A stretch of 64,000 bases of DNA, from positions 42,410,001 to 42,474,000 of the forward strand of contig CM059432.1 of NCBI GenBank assembly GCA_030390025.1. The letters run 5' to 3'. The translations under genes and the position numbers were made by a program. Position 1 is the first letter of the stretch; each line of letters opens with the position of its first letter. Source of the DNA: Squalus acanthias. Taxonomy: Eukaryota. Below are positions 24,830-38,374 of this stretch, piece by piece. A model generated the notes under the pieces. The model worked only from the letters and a program-made list of their open reading frames with translations, had not been told where the DNA came from and searched no databases.

Positions 24830-25907
24830 CATTGGCTGGAGTCATACCTAGCACAAAGGAAGATGGTTGTGCTTGTTGGAGGCCAATCATCTCAGCCCCA
24901 GGACATCGCTGCAGGAGTTCCTCAGGGCAATGTCCTAGGCCCAACCATCTTCAGCTGCTTCATCAGTGACCTTCCCTCCATCATAAGGTTAGAAGTGGGG
25001 ATGTTCACTGATGATTGTAGTGTTCAGTTCCATTTGCAACTCCTCAGATAATGAAGCAGTCCATGCCCGCATGCAACAAGACCTGGATGACGTTCAGGCT
25101 TGGGCTGATAAGTGGCAAGTAACATTCACGCCACACAAGTACCAGGCAATGACTATCTCCAACAATAGAGCATCTAACCACCGCCCCATGACATTCAATG
25201 GCATTACCATCGCCAAATCCCCCATCATCAACATCCTGGGGGTCATCATTGACCAGAAACTTAAATGGACCAAACACATAAATACTGTGGCTACAAGAGC
25301 ATATAAGAGGCTGGGTATTCTGCGGCGAGTGTCTCATCTTCTGACTCCCCAAAGCCTTTCCACTATCTACAAGGCACAAGTCAGGAGTGTGATGGAATAT
25401 TCTCCACTTGCCTGGACCAGTGCAGCTCCAACAACACTCAAGAAGCTTGACACCATCCAAGACAAAGCGGCCCGCTTGATTGGCATCCCATCCACCACCT
25501 TAAACATTCACTCTCTCCACCACCGGCACACCGTGGCTGCAGTGTGTACCATCTACAAGATGCACTGCAGCAATTCGCTAAGGCTTCTTCGACAGCACCT
25601 CCCAAACCTGCAACCTTTACCACCTAGAAAGACAAGGGCAGCAGGCACATGGGACTACCACCACCTCTAAGTTCCCCTCCAAGTCACACACCATCCTGAT
25701 TTGGAAATATATCGACGTTCCTTCATCATCGCTGGGTCAAAATCCTGGAACTCCCTACATAACAGCACTGTGGGAGTACCTTCACCACGCGGACTGCAGC
25801 GGTTCAAGAAGGCGGCTCACCACCACCTTCTCGAGGGCAGTTAGGGATGGGCAATAAATGCTGGCCTTGCCAGCGATGCCCACATCCCATGAATGAATAA
25901 AAAAAAT
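24830..25907 (+). mobile_element. CR1-group LINE family B, 3' part
   Basis: ORFs 24863-25051 and 25011-25670 carry RT and C-terminal motifs; tail CCCATGAATGAATAAAAAAAA. Confidence 0.9.
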
Positions 25908-26684
25908 ACTAGTTCCATCAGCACTTTATTCAGTTCCATTTAGGTGAACTACATCCTGTCTGCAAAGCTTCTCTTCTGCCGGAACTAGAAACTGTGTCCT
26001 AGTAATTTGAAACTCTCCTTACCCTGGCACATGAGAGGCAATGCACATTGCAGAACTCACGGTCATGGCTGCAAACTCCAATTCTAGAATCCTCCACAGC
26101 TACCACTCTCCTATTCTCATGGCTAATAACTCTCTTCCCCCCGGATGGAACTCTTGCTCCACTATGCCTTGGTATTTCTCTTGATTACCCTTCCTTGTGC
26201 CTCCATTCTTGTTCTCATCATAGATGTTGGGAATTGCAAGGCTATTGGGACAAGTCTTCCACAGGGTTTTCCCGTATTGGTTGCTCCTGTATCCTCCTCC
26301 TCTTACTGCCGGTGGTAACCCAATTCGTTTTCTCTGCTTCACGATTTCTCTCTATCCACGAGGTGACCACCTTCTGGAACATGTCTTTCAGAAACCTTTC
26401 CTTCCCAAGTATATTGCAGAGTGTAGCCAGCTGGCTCTTGAGCTCAGTATTCCTTTGCTAGGGCAACACAACTCACTGATATTTCATACATGTGCATCCT
26501 TCTGGATGCTTTGAAAATCCAAGCTACCCCGCATAATACATCTTGCATAAGTCATTAGCCTAGCTACACTCCTAATGTCTATGCTACTCTAAACATAATT
26601 CATTCAAATTAATTCCAACTTATCTGCCATCTTACAGTTCAGGACAATTCTCTCAGCACTGAAGTCCTGTTCAGACCAAACTAG

Positions 26685-27045
26685 AGATGTACAAAATTAT
26701 ATGGGGTTTTGATAGAGTAAATAAGGAAAAGTGTTTCCACTGGTAGGAGGGTCGGTAACCAGAGGACACAGATTCGAGATAATTGGCAAAAGAACCAGAG
26801 GGGAGATGAGGAGAAATTATTTCACGGAGCAAGTTGTTATGATCTGGAATGCAGTACCTGAAAGGGTGGTGAAGCAGATTTAATAATAACTTTCACAAAG
26901 TGAATTGAATATGTACTTGTATAGGAAAACATTTTCAGGGCTATAGGGGCAGACCAGGGGAGTGGGACTAATTTTAATAGCTCTTTCAAAGAGCTGGCAC
27001 AGGCACAATGGGCTGAATGGCCTCTTTCGATGCTGTATGATTCTA
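26685..27045 (+). mobile_element. CR1 LINE 3' fragment
   Basis: Similar to other CR1 3' ends (AGAGGACACAGATT..GAGGAGAAATTATTT..GGGCTGAATGGCCT). Confidence 0.8.
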
Positions 27046-27417
27046 GCTTCCTTACCTACCTTTAGCAAAATTTCACTAGGTGAGCCTCCAACAGTTTAAG
27101 AAGCCTGTCGCTAGTACAGTTTTACTCTATAGCTGCAAGAATCTATCTTATGATTCACCTGGGGTATTACCCAGCTCTCTTAGCCATTCCCTCAATTCAA
27201 ATAGCACAATCAGCAAAATCCAGTTAACTTAATTAATTTTGCAGCTAAATACTTAATTAGACAAACAATCAGCACAGTACTCAGATTCAGTTGCACTAGA
27301 ACCTTTACAACACAGTACCACCATTAACACCTGTTTAGACTTATTTCACTTCCTTGCCTTCTCTCAGCAAAAACTCACTGTCAGCATTTCACTCAATCGG
27401 CCTCTCACATCTCATAT

Positions 27418-29688
27418 CATAGAAACATAGAAACATAGAAGATAGGAGCAGGAGTAGGCCGTTCGGCCCCTCGAGCCTGTTCCGCCATTTAATGAGATCA
27501 TGGCTGATCATTCAAATTCAGTACCCTGTCCCTGCTTTCTCCCCATATCCCTTGATCCCTTTAGCCTTAAGAAATATATTTAACTCCTTCTTGAATATAT
27601 TTAATGAATTGGCCTCAACTGCCTTCTGTGGTAGAGAATTCCACAGGTTCACCACTTTCTGGGTGAAGAAATTCCTCCTCATCTCAGTCCTAAATGGCTT
27701 ACCCCTTATCCTTAGACTGTGACCCCTGGTTCTGGACTCCCCCGCCATCGGGAACATCCTTCCTGCATCTAGTCTGTCTAGTCCTGTTAGAATTTTATAA
27801 GTTTCAATGAGATCCCCTCTCATGCTTCGAAACTCTAGCGAATATAAGCCTAATCGACCCAATCTCTCCTCATACGTCATTCCTGCCATCCCAGGTATCA
27901 GTCTGATGAATCTTCGCTGCACGCTCTCCATGGCAAGAACATCCTTCCTCAGATAAGGTGACCAAAACTGCACACAATACTCAAGGTGTGGTCTCACCAA
28001 GGCCCTGTACAACTGCAGCAAGACATCCTTGCTCCTGTACTCGAATCCTCTCGCTATGAAGGCTAACATACCATTTGCCTTCTTAACCGCCTGCTGCACC
28101 TGCATGCTTACCTTCAGCGACTGGTGCACAAGGACACCCAGGTCTCATTGCACTTCCCCTTTTCCCAATCTATTGCCGTTCAGATAATAATCTGTCTTCC
28201 TGTTTTTGCCACCAAAGTGGATAACCTCGCATTTATCCACATTATACTGCATTTGCCATGCATCTGCCCAATCACCCAACCTGTCCAAATCATACTGGAG
28301 TTTCTCTGCATCCTCCTCACAGCACACATGCCCACCCAGCTTTGTGTCATCTGCAAACTTGGAGATATTACATCTAGTTCCCTCGTCTAGATCATTTATA
28401 TATATTGTGAATAGCTGGGGTCCTAGCACCGATTCCTGCGGTACCCCACTAGTCACTGCCTGCCACTCGGAAAAAGACCCGTTTATTCCAACTCTTTGCT
28501 TCCTGTCTGCCAACCAGTTCTCTATTTAAGACAGTACCTTACCCCCAATTCCATGTGCTTTAACTTTGCACGCTAATCTCTTATGCGGGACCTTATCGAA
28601 AGCCTTCTGAAAGTCCAAATACACCACATCCACTGGTTCTCCCTTATCTATTCTACCAGTTACATCCTCAAAAAATTCCAGTAGATTAGTCAAGCACGAT
28701 TTACCTTTTGTAAATCCATGTTGACTTTGTCCGATCCTGTCACTGTTTTCCAAGTGCTCTGCTATTACATCTTTTATAATGGACTCTAGCATTTTCCCCA
28801 CTACCGATTCCCCATTTTCTCTCTACCACCTTTTTTAAATAGTGGGGTTACATTAGCTATCCTCCAATCCATGGGAACTGTTCCAGAGTCTATAGAATTT
28901 TGGAAGATGACCAGCAATGCATCTACTATTTCTAGGGCCACTTCCTTAAGTACTCTAGGATGTAGATTATCGGGCCCTGGGGCTTTATCGGCCTTCAATC
29001 CCGTCAATTTCCCTAACACCATTTCCCTACAAATACTGATTTCATTCAATTCCTCCCTCTCATTAGACCCTATGTTCCCCGACATCTCTGGGAGGTTATT
29101 TGTGTCCTCCTTTGTGAAGACAGAACCAAAGTATGTATTTCATTGGGCTGCCATTTCTTTGTTCCCCATTAGAAATTCCTCTGATTCTGACTGCAAGGGA
29201 CCTACGCTTGACTTCACCAATCTTTTTCTCTTCACATATCTATAGAAGCTTTTACAGTCAGTTTTTATGTTCCCTGCAAGTTTATGCTCATAATCTATTT
29301 TCCCCCTCTTAATTAATCCCTTTGTCCTCCTTTGCTGAAACCTAAACTGCTCCCAATCCTCAGGTTTGCTGCTTTTTCTGGCCAAATTATATGTCCTCTC
29401 CTTGGATCTTATGCTATCCCTAATTTCCCTTGTTACCTTTTTTATTTTATTTTTATGCCAAACAGGGATGAACAAATTCTGTAGTTCATCCATGTGATCT
29501 TTAAATATTTGCCATTGCCTATCCACCGTCAATCCTTTAAGTAACATTCCCCAATCCATCCTAGCCAACTCGTGCCTCATACCATCATAGTTTCCTTTAT
29601 TTAAATTCAGGACTCTAGTCTCTGAGTCAACTACTTCACTCTCCATTTTAATGAAGAATTCTATCATATTATGATTGCTCCTCCCCAT
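27418..29688 (-). mobile_element. CR1/HER1-type LINE, about 2.3 kb of ORF2 broken by frameshifts, stops and deletions
   Basis: ORFs 29140-29688, 28801-29085, 28526-28801, 28145-28513 and 27518-28129 are successive ORF2 segments (KAPGPD, QHGFTKGKSCLTNL, FADDTKL); (AAACATAG)n tail. Confidence 0.95.
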
Positions 29689-29959
29689 GTGGAGGGGTTA
29701 TGGGACAACACCCTTGAAAAGCAAATCACACTCTCAACAAATATTGAAAGGTCGTAGTATTATCATTGGAATTTGTTCCATTAGGTCGAGCACTGGCTGC
29801 CCTTGCACAGATTTTAGGGTCAGTTCTTGAATATATTTTAGACTTGTTGACAAAACAAAACTTTTGTGATTTGAATGCATGCTCACTGTTTTATTTTGCA
29901 CTGGATATCGCTAAGTTTGTTTTATGAACCCACACTTAGACAACCCTTCATCCACAGTT

Positions 29960-30082
29960 TTGAATCTGATGAAAGGTCTTTAACTCTGTTTCTCTCTCCT
30001 TAGATGCTGTCGAACTTGCTGAGAGTTTCCAGCATTTTCTGCCTTTATTTCAGATTTCTAGCATTCGCAATATTTTGCTTTT
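29960..30082 (+). mobile_element. Penelope-derived pLTR remnant with partly deleted hammerhead
   Basis: CTGATGAAAGGTCTT followed directly by TAACTCTGTTTCTCTCTCC; matches 15030-15124 but lacks the GAAA box. Confidence 0.7.
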
Positions 30083-30325
30083 GGGTAGCGTAAAACGGGC
30101 GGTATCGAATAGGCTGCCCGTTATACATCTGCCCAATATTCAATTCCATTGAAGTCAAGCAAACTGAATATCGGGAGGGGTGTATAATGGTCGGCCTATG
30201 TGATACCGCCCGTTGTGTGCTACCGCCCAAGGTGAATTTCTACCCCCACTTCTGTAGTTTGAAAAAGAGGACGACCATTCATCCCAGCTGGCTCATCCTT
30301 TAGTCCCTCAGTCCCCCCATTATAG

Positions 30326-30481
30326 TGAGAAGTTGCACAACACCAGGTTATAGTCCAACAGTTTATTTGAAATCACAACTTGATTTGATTTGATTTCAAA
30401 TAAAACTGTTGGACTATAACCTGGTGTTGTGCGACTTCTCACTTTTGTCCACCCCAGTCCAACACCGGCATCTCCGCATCA
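30326..30481. mobile_element. Minimal Penelope insertion made of two inverted pLTR ends
   Basis: Arms match 12183-12239 and 13203-13293; 12-bp TSD CCC(C/T)CATTATAG at 30314-30325 and 30482-30493. Confidence 0.85.
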
Positions 30482-30943
30482 CCCTCATTATAGCATCTAG
30501 CTGCCTCTTGAATGATTTCGGAGCTTTTGCCTTCACTACCTCTAACACTGCCACTTACGTTACCACAGTGCAATCTTTCCTCCGTACCTCACTGATGGTG
30601 AAAATGGCATCAGTGGTTCCCACCTGCAATATGTTAGTGCCCCGACCCCAAGAATCAGATGGGATCGGGGGCACTTCCAGATCTGCCCCAAAAGGCTTTC
30701 CTTGGAATTTCTGGGTATTTTTTCTAGCCTCTCCCTTTATTCTTTTTGTGTTTATCTAAAATTTGTGTCCTCTCATTTGCTTCTATTTGAGGAATGGAGA
30801 CAATGTACCAATAGTTACCTTAACGTAGCCTTTCTGGGCAAGTCGTGGTACAAATAGGGTCAAATGCCACTCACGAAAGGTGAGTCATGGTGTATGTACT
30901 TCACATGGCACTGATGTACATACATTTTATCTGAATGAGTTGA

Positions 30944-31262
30944 GGCAACACGGTGGCATAGTGGTTAGCACTGTTACCTCACAGCGCCAGGGACCCGGGT
31001 TCGAATCTGGCCTCGGGTGACTGTCTGTGTGGAGTTTGCACATTCTCCCCGTGTCTGCGTGGGTTTCCTCCGGGTGTTCCGGTTTCCTCCCACAGTCCAA
31101 AAATGTGCGGGTTAGGTTGATTTGGCTATGATAAATTGACCCTTAGTGTTAGGGCGGGATTAAATATGTGGGGTTACGGGGATAGGATGGGATATGTTAG
31201 GGGGAATTAAATACGTGGGGTTACGGGGATAGGGTGGGATATGTGTCGGTGCAGGCTCGATG
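30944..31262 (+). mobile_element. V-SINE (HE1-like) tRNA-derived SINE
   Basis: A-box TGGCATAGTGG, B-box GGTTCGAATC, V-domain TGTGTGGAGTTTGCACATTCTCCCCGTGTCTGCGTGGGTTTCCTCCGG. Confidence 0.88.
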
Positions 31263-31269
31263 GGGATTC

Positions 31270-31398
31270 TGTGTGAGAAAGCAGGGACAGGGTACTGGAT
31301 TTGGATGATCAGCCATGATCGTATTGAATGGTGGAGCAGGCTCGACGGGCCGAATGGCCTACTCCTGCTCCTAGTTTCTATGTTTCTATGTTTCTATG
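31270..31398 (+). mobile_element. CR1/HER1 3' tail adjoining the V-SINE
   Basis: Reverse complement of 27418-27545; (TTTCTATG)n tail. Confidence 0.85.
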
Positions 31399-33877
31399 AG
31401 GCACACCAATTCCCCCCTAGCCCTTTATCCAGGGAAAATCATATGAGAGACTCACTGTCACCTCCCCCCACAACCCCCACCCCCAGCCCGTCACATCACT
31501 CAGGACAAGTTTCTGTGATTAGAGACCCACAGCTCGCACAGAAAACATATTCTCAATTGCTCAGGTGCAAGTTGATTTTTTGGGGTTTTTTTTTGCACAG
31601 CTTTATTTTTCAAATAGCAACTTTTCACATTTGTAAAAGTAACTGTCAGCTGGAAAGATTGCTTTCTGCTAACGGCTGAGGCTGTTCATTCCCCACCTGC
31701 TTATTTAAGTATCCTCGGCAGTAAAATATGCAAAACAGTTTAACCGCAGTTGCATTTCATTTTACCACATCTTGTGGACAATAAAACACTGCATGGACAC
31801 GAATGTTGGACGAATGATGCTGGTAAATTTTAGAGGAAGAAACACTTACATTTATCCATTCCCTTGATGTGATACTTATTTTTGCAGTGTTTATTTAATA
31901 CACAGTGATACAGTGTAATCAGCCAACATATTAAAACTAAAATTACCACCTGTCAAAAATGATGCATTGAATAAAACTGAAAATATTAAGGTACATTATT
32001 TATGCTAATATCTATAATCCCATCTGTCCAGCTTGCAAACTGTATCAGCACTGAATCACAAATTATTAATCCTTTAAATGTTCCTGAGGTTTTAATAATA
32101 ACACAGACAGCAGAAAATGCTGACTGGAGTAAAACTTATGAAAATCATACATTGAGAAATGTGTACACTAAAACAATTTACATGACTGTTTCATTAATGC
32201 AGTCACAAGTTTCCATTAAAATCAGCCCTGAAGCATTAATCACAAATGTTTAGGCACTAAAACCCATCATCATTGTTTTCGACTTTACTTCCTGTTTTCT
32301 TTCACAATCTAATTCATTTCTGTTGTCGACCAGCCGAAAATGACCCCCCCCCCACAAAGAAATTTCCATGCCATTGTGTATTGTGTATATTTTGAAGAAA
32401 ATGTAATTAAAATCCCCTATATCACTCTCCTACTATCGCCAAATAAAAACCGCTTGTAGGTCAGAATTGTATGCCAACTTTCTGTCTGAAAAACTGTTTC
32501 GACCATTTGCTTTTTTTTTGTGTTTTCGTGTGATAAGAAGCACTAAAAGTTCTAATGCGTGGGCAATCTACCAATTCATGCACTCCTGTAAAGCATCCTG
32601 TCTGATCCTTACAGTCACACAGGGCAATAGTCATTCAAATAGTCACCACAGAGGAAATTAAAAATTTCCTCCAGTAAACATAGCTGAGAATGTCTCAGAC
32701 TGTTACATTTCTGGGTCAAGTAATGACATGGTTATGTTTGGAATATGAGTATCCTCTCTCAATGCCCTTTGCTTTTGTTCAGATCTGTAGTAAGTTCTAC
32801 ATTCATCTACATGCTAGTCATTCACATCAAACCACTCCTGAATATGCTGTTGTGGCAGCTACTGCCCATGTGAATAGGTTCTAGCTGGACTGAAATGAGA
32901 CAATGAGCTTCTGCCATGCCCTGTGGTGGTGCTATGACCCATCTGCTGTTCCTCTTTCCCCTTCCCCGCCCTTGGTTCAATGCACAGAAATTTAGAGGCA
33001 GCCAGGCAGAAGGGACATCGCGTTAAAACACTGAGGAGTCTGCAGATAAAACCAAGTTAGTGTTAGGGGCTAAAACGTGTTATTTTAAAGCTTCCCAGGA
33101 GAAGCTCTTTGACCCTAATGGCAGATAAGGAGTAAACTGTGAGTGAAAGCAGACATATGGCAAAAGCTGAAAAGCAACCTCCTAGATCCTTTCCGTGGGA
33201 TTAATGGGGAAGTCAGGCAAATGGGAGGTTAACTTTCCAAGCAGCTGTTTTAGGTCTTTGCTGTGAAAGGTATAATCTACTTGAGCCAAGAGGTTGCCAC
33301 ACAGGATTTACGTTCATTATTGCATAATCGACACAACAACATAAGGAAAGAAATGCCAGTGAAAAGGCATTTTGTGTAAAGCGTGAGCAGCTGCTTTACA
33401 ATGCAATGCAGTTTGTCTTCAGCTCAAGCACAAAGTTCAGCTGGAAATGCTATTGATTTGCTTACATGATTTCTGCATGATTGTTTTCCCACTAAATGTC
33501 ACATTTCCTTATCCAGTTGTCACTGGAATGAATACTAGTATTCTCCTTTTAAAATGCCTTATTAGCTATCCACATGCTGGCAAATATCAAAATCTACGTG
33601 GGCTAATACCTTATAAAATAAATAGTGATACAACACTGCCAGAACTAATTGATTGAGATGACATCACTTAATCACCTCAATGAAACTTTGCTGTGCAGAA
33701 CGTAACAACACATATGTGGTTGTTAAATCATAAAGTCTACTTAAGACCACAGGTATTGGGGCTGGTCAACCAGGCCAGCAACCCTGCTTTTGTTTCCACA
33801 AAAATTATGATCATTATTGAGATCCATTTTGAACTTTCTTTCTTTCTTTCTTTTTTCTTTTCCTTTTCTTTCTTCTC

Positions 33878-34172
33878 CTCCAATTCCGGCCTCTTGCGCA
33901 TCCCCGATTTTCTTCGCTCCACCATTGGCAGCCGTGCATTCAGTTGCCTAGGCCCTAAGCTCTGGAATTCCCTCCCTAAACCATTCTACTTAGCTCTCCT
34001 CCTTTAAGACGCTCCTTAAAACCTACCTCTTTGACCAAGTATTTGGTCACCTCTCCTAATGTCTCCTTATGTGGATCAGTGTCAAATTGGATTTGATTTC
34101 GCTCCTGTGAAGCGCCTTGGGAATTTTACTATGATAAAGGCGCTATATAAATGCAAGTTGTTATTGTTGTTG
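33878..34172 (+). mobile_element. L2 LINE 3' end
   Basis: IGSRAFSCLGPKLWNSLP peptide; tail GCGCTATATAAATGCAAGTTGTTATTGTTG. Confidence 0.85.
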
Positions 34173-34177
34173 TAAAA

Positions 34178-34402
34178 ATCCAACTCGTTCATTAATATCC
34201 TTCAGGGAATGAAGCCTGCCATCTTTACCTGGTTTATAAGTGACTCTTAACTGCTCTCTGAAGTGGCCTAGCAAACCACTCAGTTATATCAAACTGCTAC
34301 AAAGAATAATTGCAATGACGACGTCCCTAAGGGCACCTAGGGATTGGCAATGAATGCCAACCTTGTCAGCGATACCCACATCCCGAGAATGAATAAAAAT
34401 AA
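34178..34402 (+). mobile_element. SINE-like fragment ending in a family B LINE tail
   Basis: 3' end GCCAACCTTGTCAGCGATACCCACATCCCGAGAATGAATAAAAA resembles 25860-25907. Confidence 0.55.
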
Positions 34403-34645
34403 TAACACTTTGAAATGGATAAGAATACGGTCAAGGGAGATATACATTTAAAAAGGAATCAACACAGTAGCAGTTTATGCGCGCATTTCATGATGCTTAG
34501 AATCTGGTGATTATAATTAACAGACAGATAGATTGTGTTAATGTGACCAGTTAATGTAGGGTTGCTGAAACACTCCTTTTTTCAGACAACCATATCTAAA
34601 CAATGCAAAAACAAAATGTCCCCAAGTACACAGAGATTTAAAATG

Positions 34646-34648
<3 letters not shown>

Positions 34649-34683
<35 letters not shown>
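34649..34683. repeat. (AT)n microsatellite
   Basis: About 17 AT units. Confidence 0.97.
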
Positions 34684-34685
<2 letters not shown>

Positions 34686-36332
34686 GAATGCTACTTTCTG
34701 CTGTTTTGAATTAATCCATATATTTTAAAAACTAGACTAATTTTCTTCTCTTGCCTGCATGTATTATATTGTTATACTGTAAATTAGTAATGCAGAGCCT
34801 AATATGATAACAGACAGCACAGCAACTGTTACATTTGTTAAATATAGCATTTCCATGCTGCTATACAAGTGCTGCAATAAATTTGAGACATCCAAGGATT
34901 TTTGAAATCCTCCTCGAGTGGAGTAGCAGCTGCACCTTTACATGTACATTTTAAGTGGCATCTTTTTAAATGAGTTTACTAAAGTAGCTCAAATTGAAGA
35001 ACCACTAACAAAAAGCTCACTTACTTTCTATTTTTAAAAAAGGATACGATACGATTTTACTGTCATATAAAGCACATCCATCTGTTCCCTTCTTCGCGTT
35101 GGTACTAGGATAACATTTATGGTTTGGTTTGTTCGGTGGAGATTTCTTTTTGTTTGCTATCTATACCAAAATCATGAATGCTGATATAAAGAACATTTTT
35201 ACAATTTTGTTACAAATAGCAAACAGAGGAGATCATTTCCCATGAGAGCCAGTCACCTCTAGCAGCACTCACAATATAAATAGTTGACCCAAAACAGATA
35301 TAAGTGACATTTTGCAACATTTCTATTTTAAATAGAAACTAAAATGCAATTTTTTTTTGTATTATCAAACTTAATGCTGTACAAACTATTTGATTACTAA
35401 AAAAGCTTTTCTATAACTGGTGTGAAACTGTTCTTTTAAATTCAGGAAAAGATAATAGTGATAAGATTTTTGACTATCTATTTATTCCCCTTGCTTTTGT
35501 TTTAAGGTTTCCCTGGGCCATACACTATTCCTTGACTGAGACTGTGGGCACTTCACTTGGTCTCAGGCCTCTGCAAATGATGGACATCTGCAATAAAAAC
35601 ACAGAATGCTGGAACTACGCAACAGATCCATCTGGCACTTTCTCACGTAACTGTAGCAGCTGAGACATTTGTTCATACACCTCTTCCCACACCAATATGC
35701 AAGGCACTCCTTCTGTGTCAAACAGCAATATACATTTATTTCCTCTTATCTAGTGCACTGTATTCGTTGCTCATTAGGTGCCGTCTCCCCAACTTTGATA
35801 GACCAAATGCAGATTAGATCATCGCTTTGTTGAATACTTCAGCTCTGCCTGCAGATGTGATCCCTACCTCCCCTGTAGCTCACCACTTCAACTCCCCCCT
35901 CCTATTCTCACCTCCCACTCTTACCTCTCTGTGTTGACCTCCTATAACTGTTCCACCCACACTCGACACAAACTTCAGGATCAGCATCTCATCTTTCCAC
36001 TGAGCATTCTGCAGCTCTCTGGTCTGAATGTGGGGGCCTATTTTCCTCTGGCCCTTATGTTAGCACAACTTCAGCGGGGTGTGACTTCCATCTTCACTGT
36101 GCCTGCGCACCTGAGTCCGTCTGATTTTCCAGTGTTAGATGCGATTTAATATTTTGGACAGGGTCCCAGTAGGATTTCACACCTGCTCAGGGGAAAGAAG
36201 GAAATCACTCCTGCAGGTCTTGTATCCTGAATTAGTGTACTCTGGCTAGTTGCCTCTGGGGCAATTGAAGAAAATATGTATTTTTTTGTACAATTGTTCG
36301 AAAAAATTGGGGCAAAGGAAGTGTAATCAATT

Positions 36333-37326
36333 TGTTGTGGTAGTTGGAGGTCAATCACCACAGCCCCAGGACATCGCTGCAGGAGTTCCTCAGGGCAGTG
36401 TCCTAGGCCCAACCATCTTCAGCTGCTCCATCAATGATCTTCCCTCCATCATAAGGTCAGAAGTGGGGATGTTCGCAACTCCTCAGTCCATGCCCACATG
36501 CAGCAAGACCTGGACGACATTGAGGCTTGGGCTGATAAGTGGCAGGTAACATTCGCGCCACACAAGTGCCAGGCAATAACTATCTCCAACAAGCGAGCGA
36601 CTATCCACTGCCCCTTGACATTCAACGGCATTACCATCGCTAAATCCCCCACCGTCAACATCCTGGGAGTCACCATTGACCAGAAACTTAACTGGACCAG
36701 CCACATAAATACTGGGGCAACAAGAGCAGGTCAGAGGCTGGGTATTCTGCGGCGAGTGTCTCACCTCCTGACTCCCCAAAGCCTTTCCACCATCTACAAG
36801 GCACAAGTCGGGAGTGTGATGGAATACTCTCTACTTGCCTGAATGAGTGCAGCTCCAACAACACTCAAGAAGCTCAGCACCATCCAAGACAAAGCAGCCC
36901 GCTTGATTGGCACCCCATCCACCACCTTAAACATTCACTCCCTCCACCGTACCGTGGCTGCAGTGTGTACCATCTACAAGATGCACTGCAGCAACTCGCC
37001 AAGGCTTCTTCGGCAGCACCTCCCAAACCCGCGAACTCTACCACCTAGAAGGACAAGGGCAGCAGGTGCATGGGAACACCACCACCTCCAAGTTCCCCTC
37101 CAAGTCACACACCATCCTGACTTGGAAGTATATCGCCGATCCTTCATCGTCGCTGGGTTAAAATCCTGGAACTCCCTACTTTACAGCACTGTGGGAGTAC
37201 CTTCACCACACGGACTGCTGCGGTTCAAGAAGGCAGCTTGCCACCAGCTTCTCAAGGGCAACTAGGGATGGGCAATAAATGCTGGCCTTGCCAGCGATGC
37301 CCACATCCCATGAACAAATAAAAAAA
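36333..37326 (+). mobile_element. CR1-group LINE family B, 3' part
   Basis: Highly similar to 24860-25907, with an internal deletion near 36475. Confidence 0.9.
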
Positions 37327-37609
37327 TTATCTTGTGATCAATTAGACTTCAGAGAATTTAAAATTTAAATCCCTCCCTCCCCATGCCATTGCAACACTGA
37401 ATTCTCTTATCATAACTCTATTTTCCTGAGTAATTTAGGATAACATTGGTGTGGATCAGCCAAAATGTTTGACAACCTGGCAATGTTCCTTTAAGCCCTA
37501 ATTCACAGCAGTAAGATGATGCACCTATATAGCACATTCATTCAGATTCTCAGAGGTTAAACTGCAGAACTATAGATATTTTTGTGCTGTAGATAAATGG
37601 TCACATAAT

Positions 37610-38374
37610 GGCCCTGAAATTCACCTCTCCGGCTTGCCGCGGGGGTAAGGATCGCGCGCGCACTTACCTACCGCGCCTGCCGTTGACCTCTGGGCCCACG
37701 GGAACTTCAGCTCCTGGTCCTGCGCCAAGAGCCGGCGCGCAGTGTGTGCGTGTCCCAGGGGCGTAGTTAGTGCGATGCGTCCCCTGGGATCACGTGGGCC
37801 ATGGAGAGCCAATGGCAGCAGACCATCTTTCATTCATAGATTTGACAGGAAGACCTGTCAAATCTATGAATTGAAATCGGCCCCAAAAGAACAGCTAAAC
37901 TTAAAATAAATTTTTAAAAAACCCTCACATTTATAAAATAACTATAAGTTAAATAAATTAACTACTTTAAACAAAAATTTACATTTTTGAAAAAATTAAA
38001 ATACTTTTTAACAGTGCTAAAAATAAACTTACCTTTCTTTAAAGTATCTAAAAAAGATAAACCTGTTGAAATTTTTTTTTAATTATAATTAATTAACCAC
38101 TTACCTTGTTGAAAACGGGTCCTGCGCCTGCTTTTTAAAAGCGCAGGTTCTTCAATACTTACCCTCCCGTAGAAACCTGAAAAAAAACCTAAGTTTGCTG
38201 CGTGCGCGCAGCCTCTACCGCGCACGTGGTTCACCTCTGAACCGCTCCCTTCACCAGACCGGAAGTTCCGGTTTCCCGCGCATGCGCAGTGCATGCAGGA
38301 AACCGGCACTTCAGGAGGCCTTACGGGTGAGTACATAGTGCGTACTCACCCGGCAAGGGCCGAATTTTTGGATC
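37610..38374 (-). mobile_element. Non-autonomous DNA transposon, family X copy B
   Basis: Reverse-complement homolog of 22730-23491; AAT TSD. Confidence 0.9.

Noticed and set aside
30944..31015. tRNA gene
   Set aside because: A and B boxes continue into a V-SINE body; no clean cloverleaf
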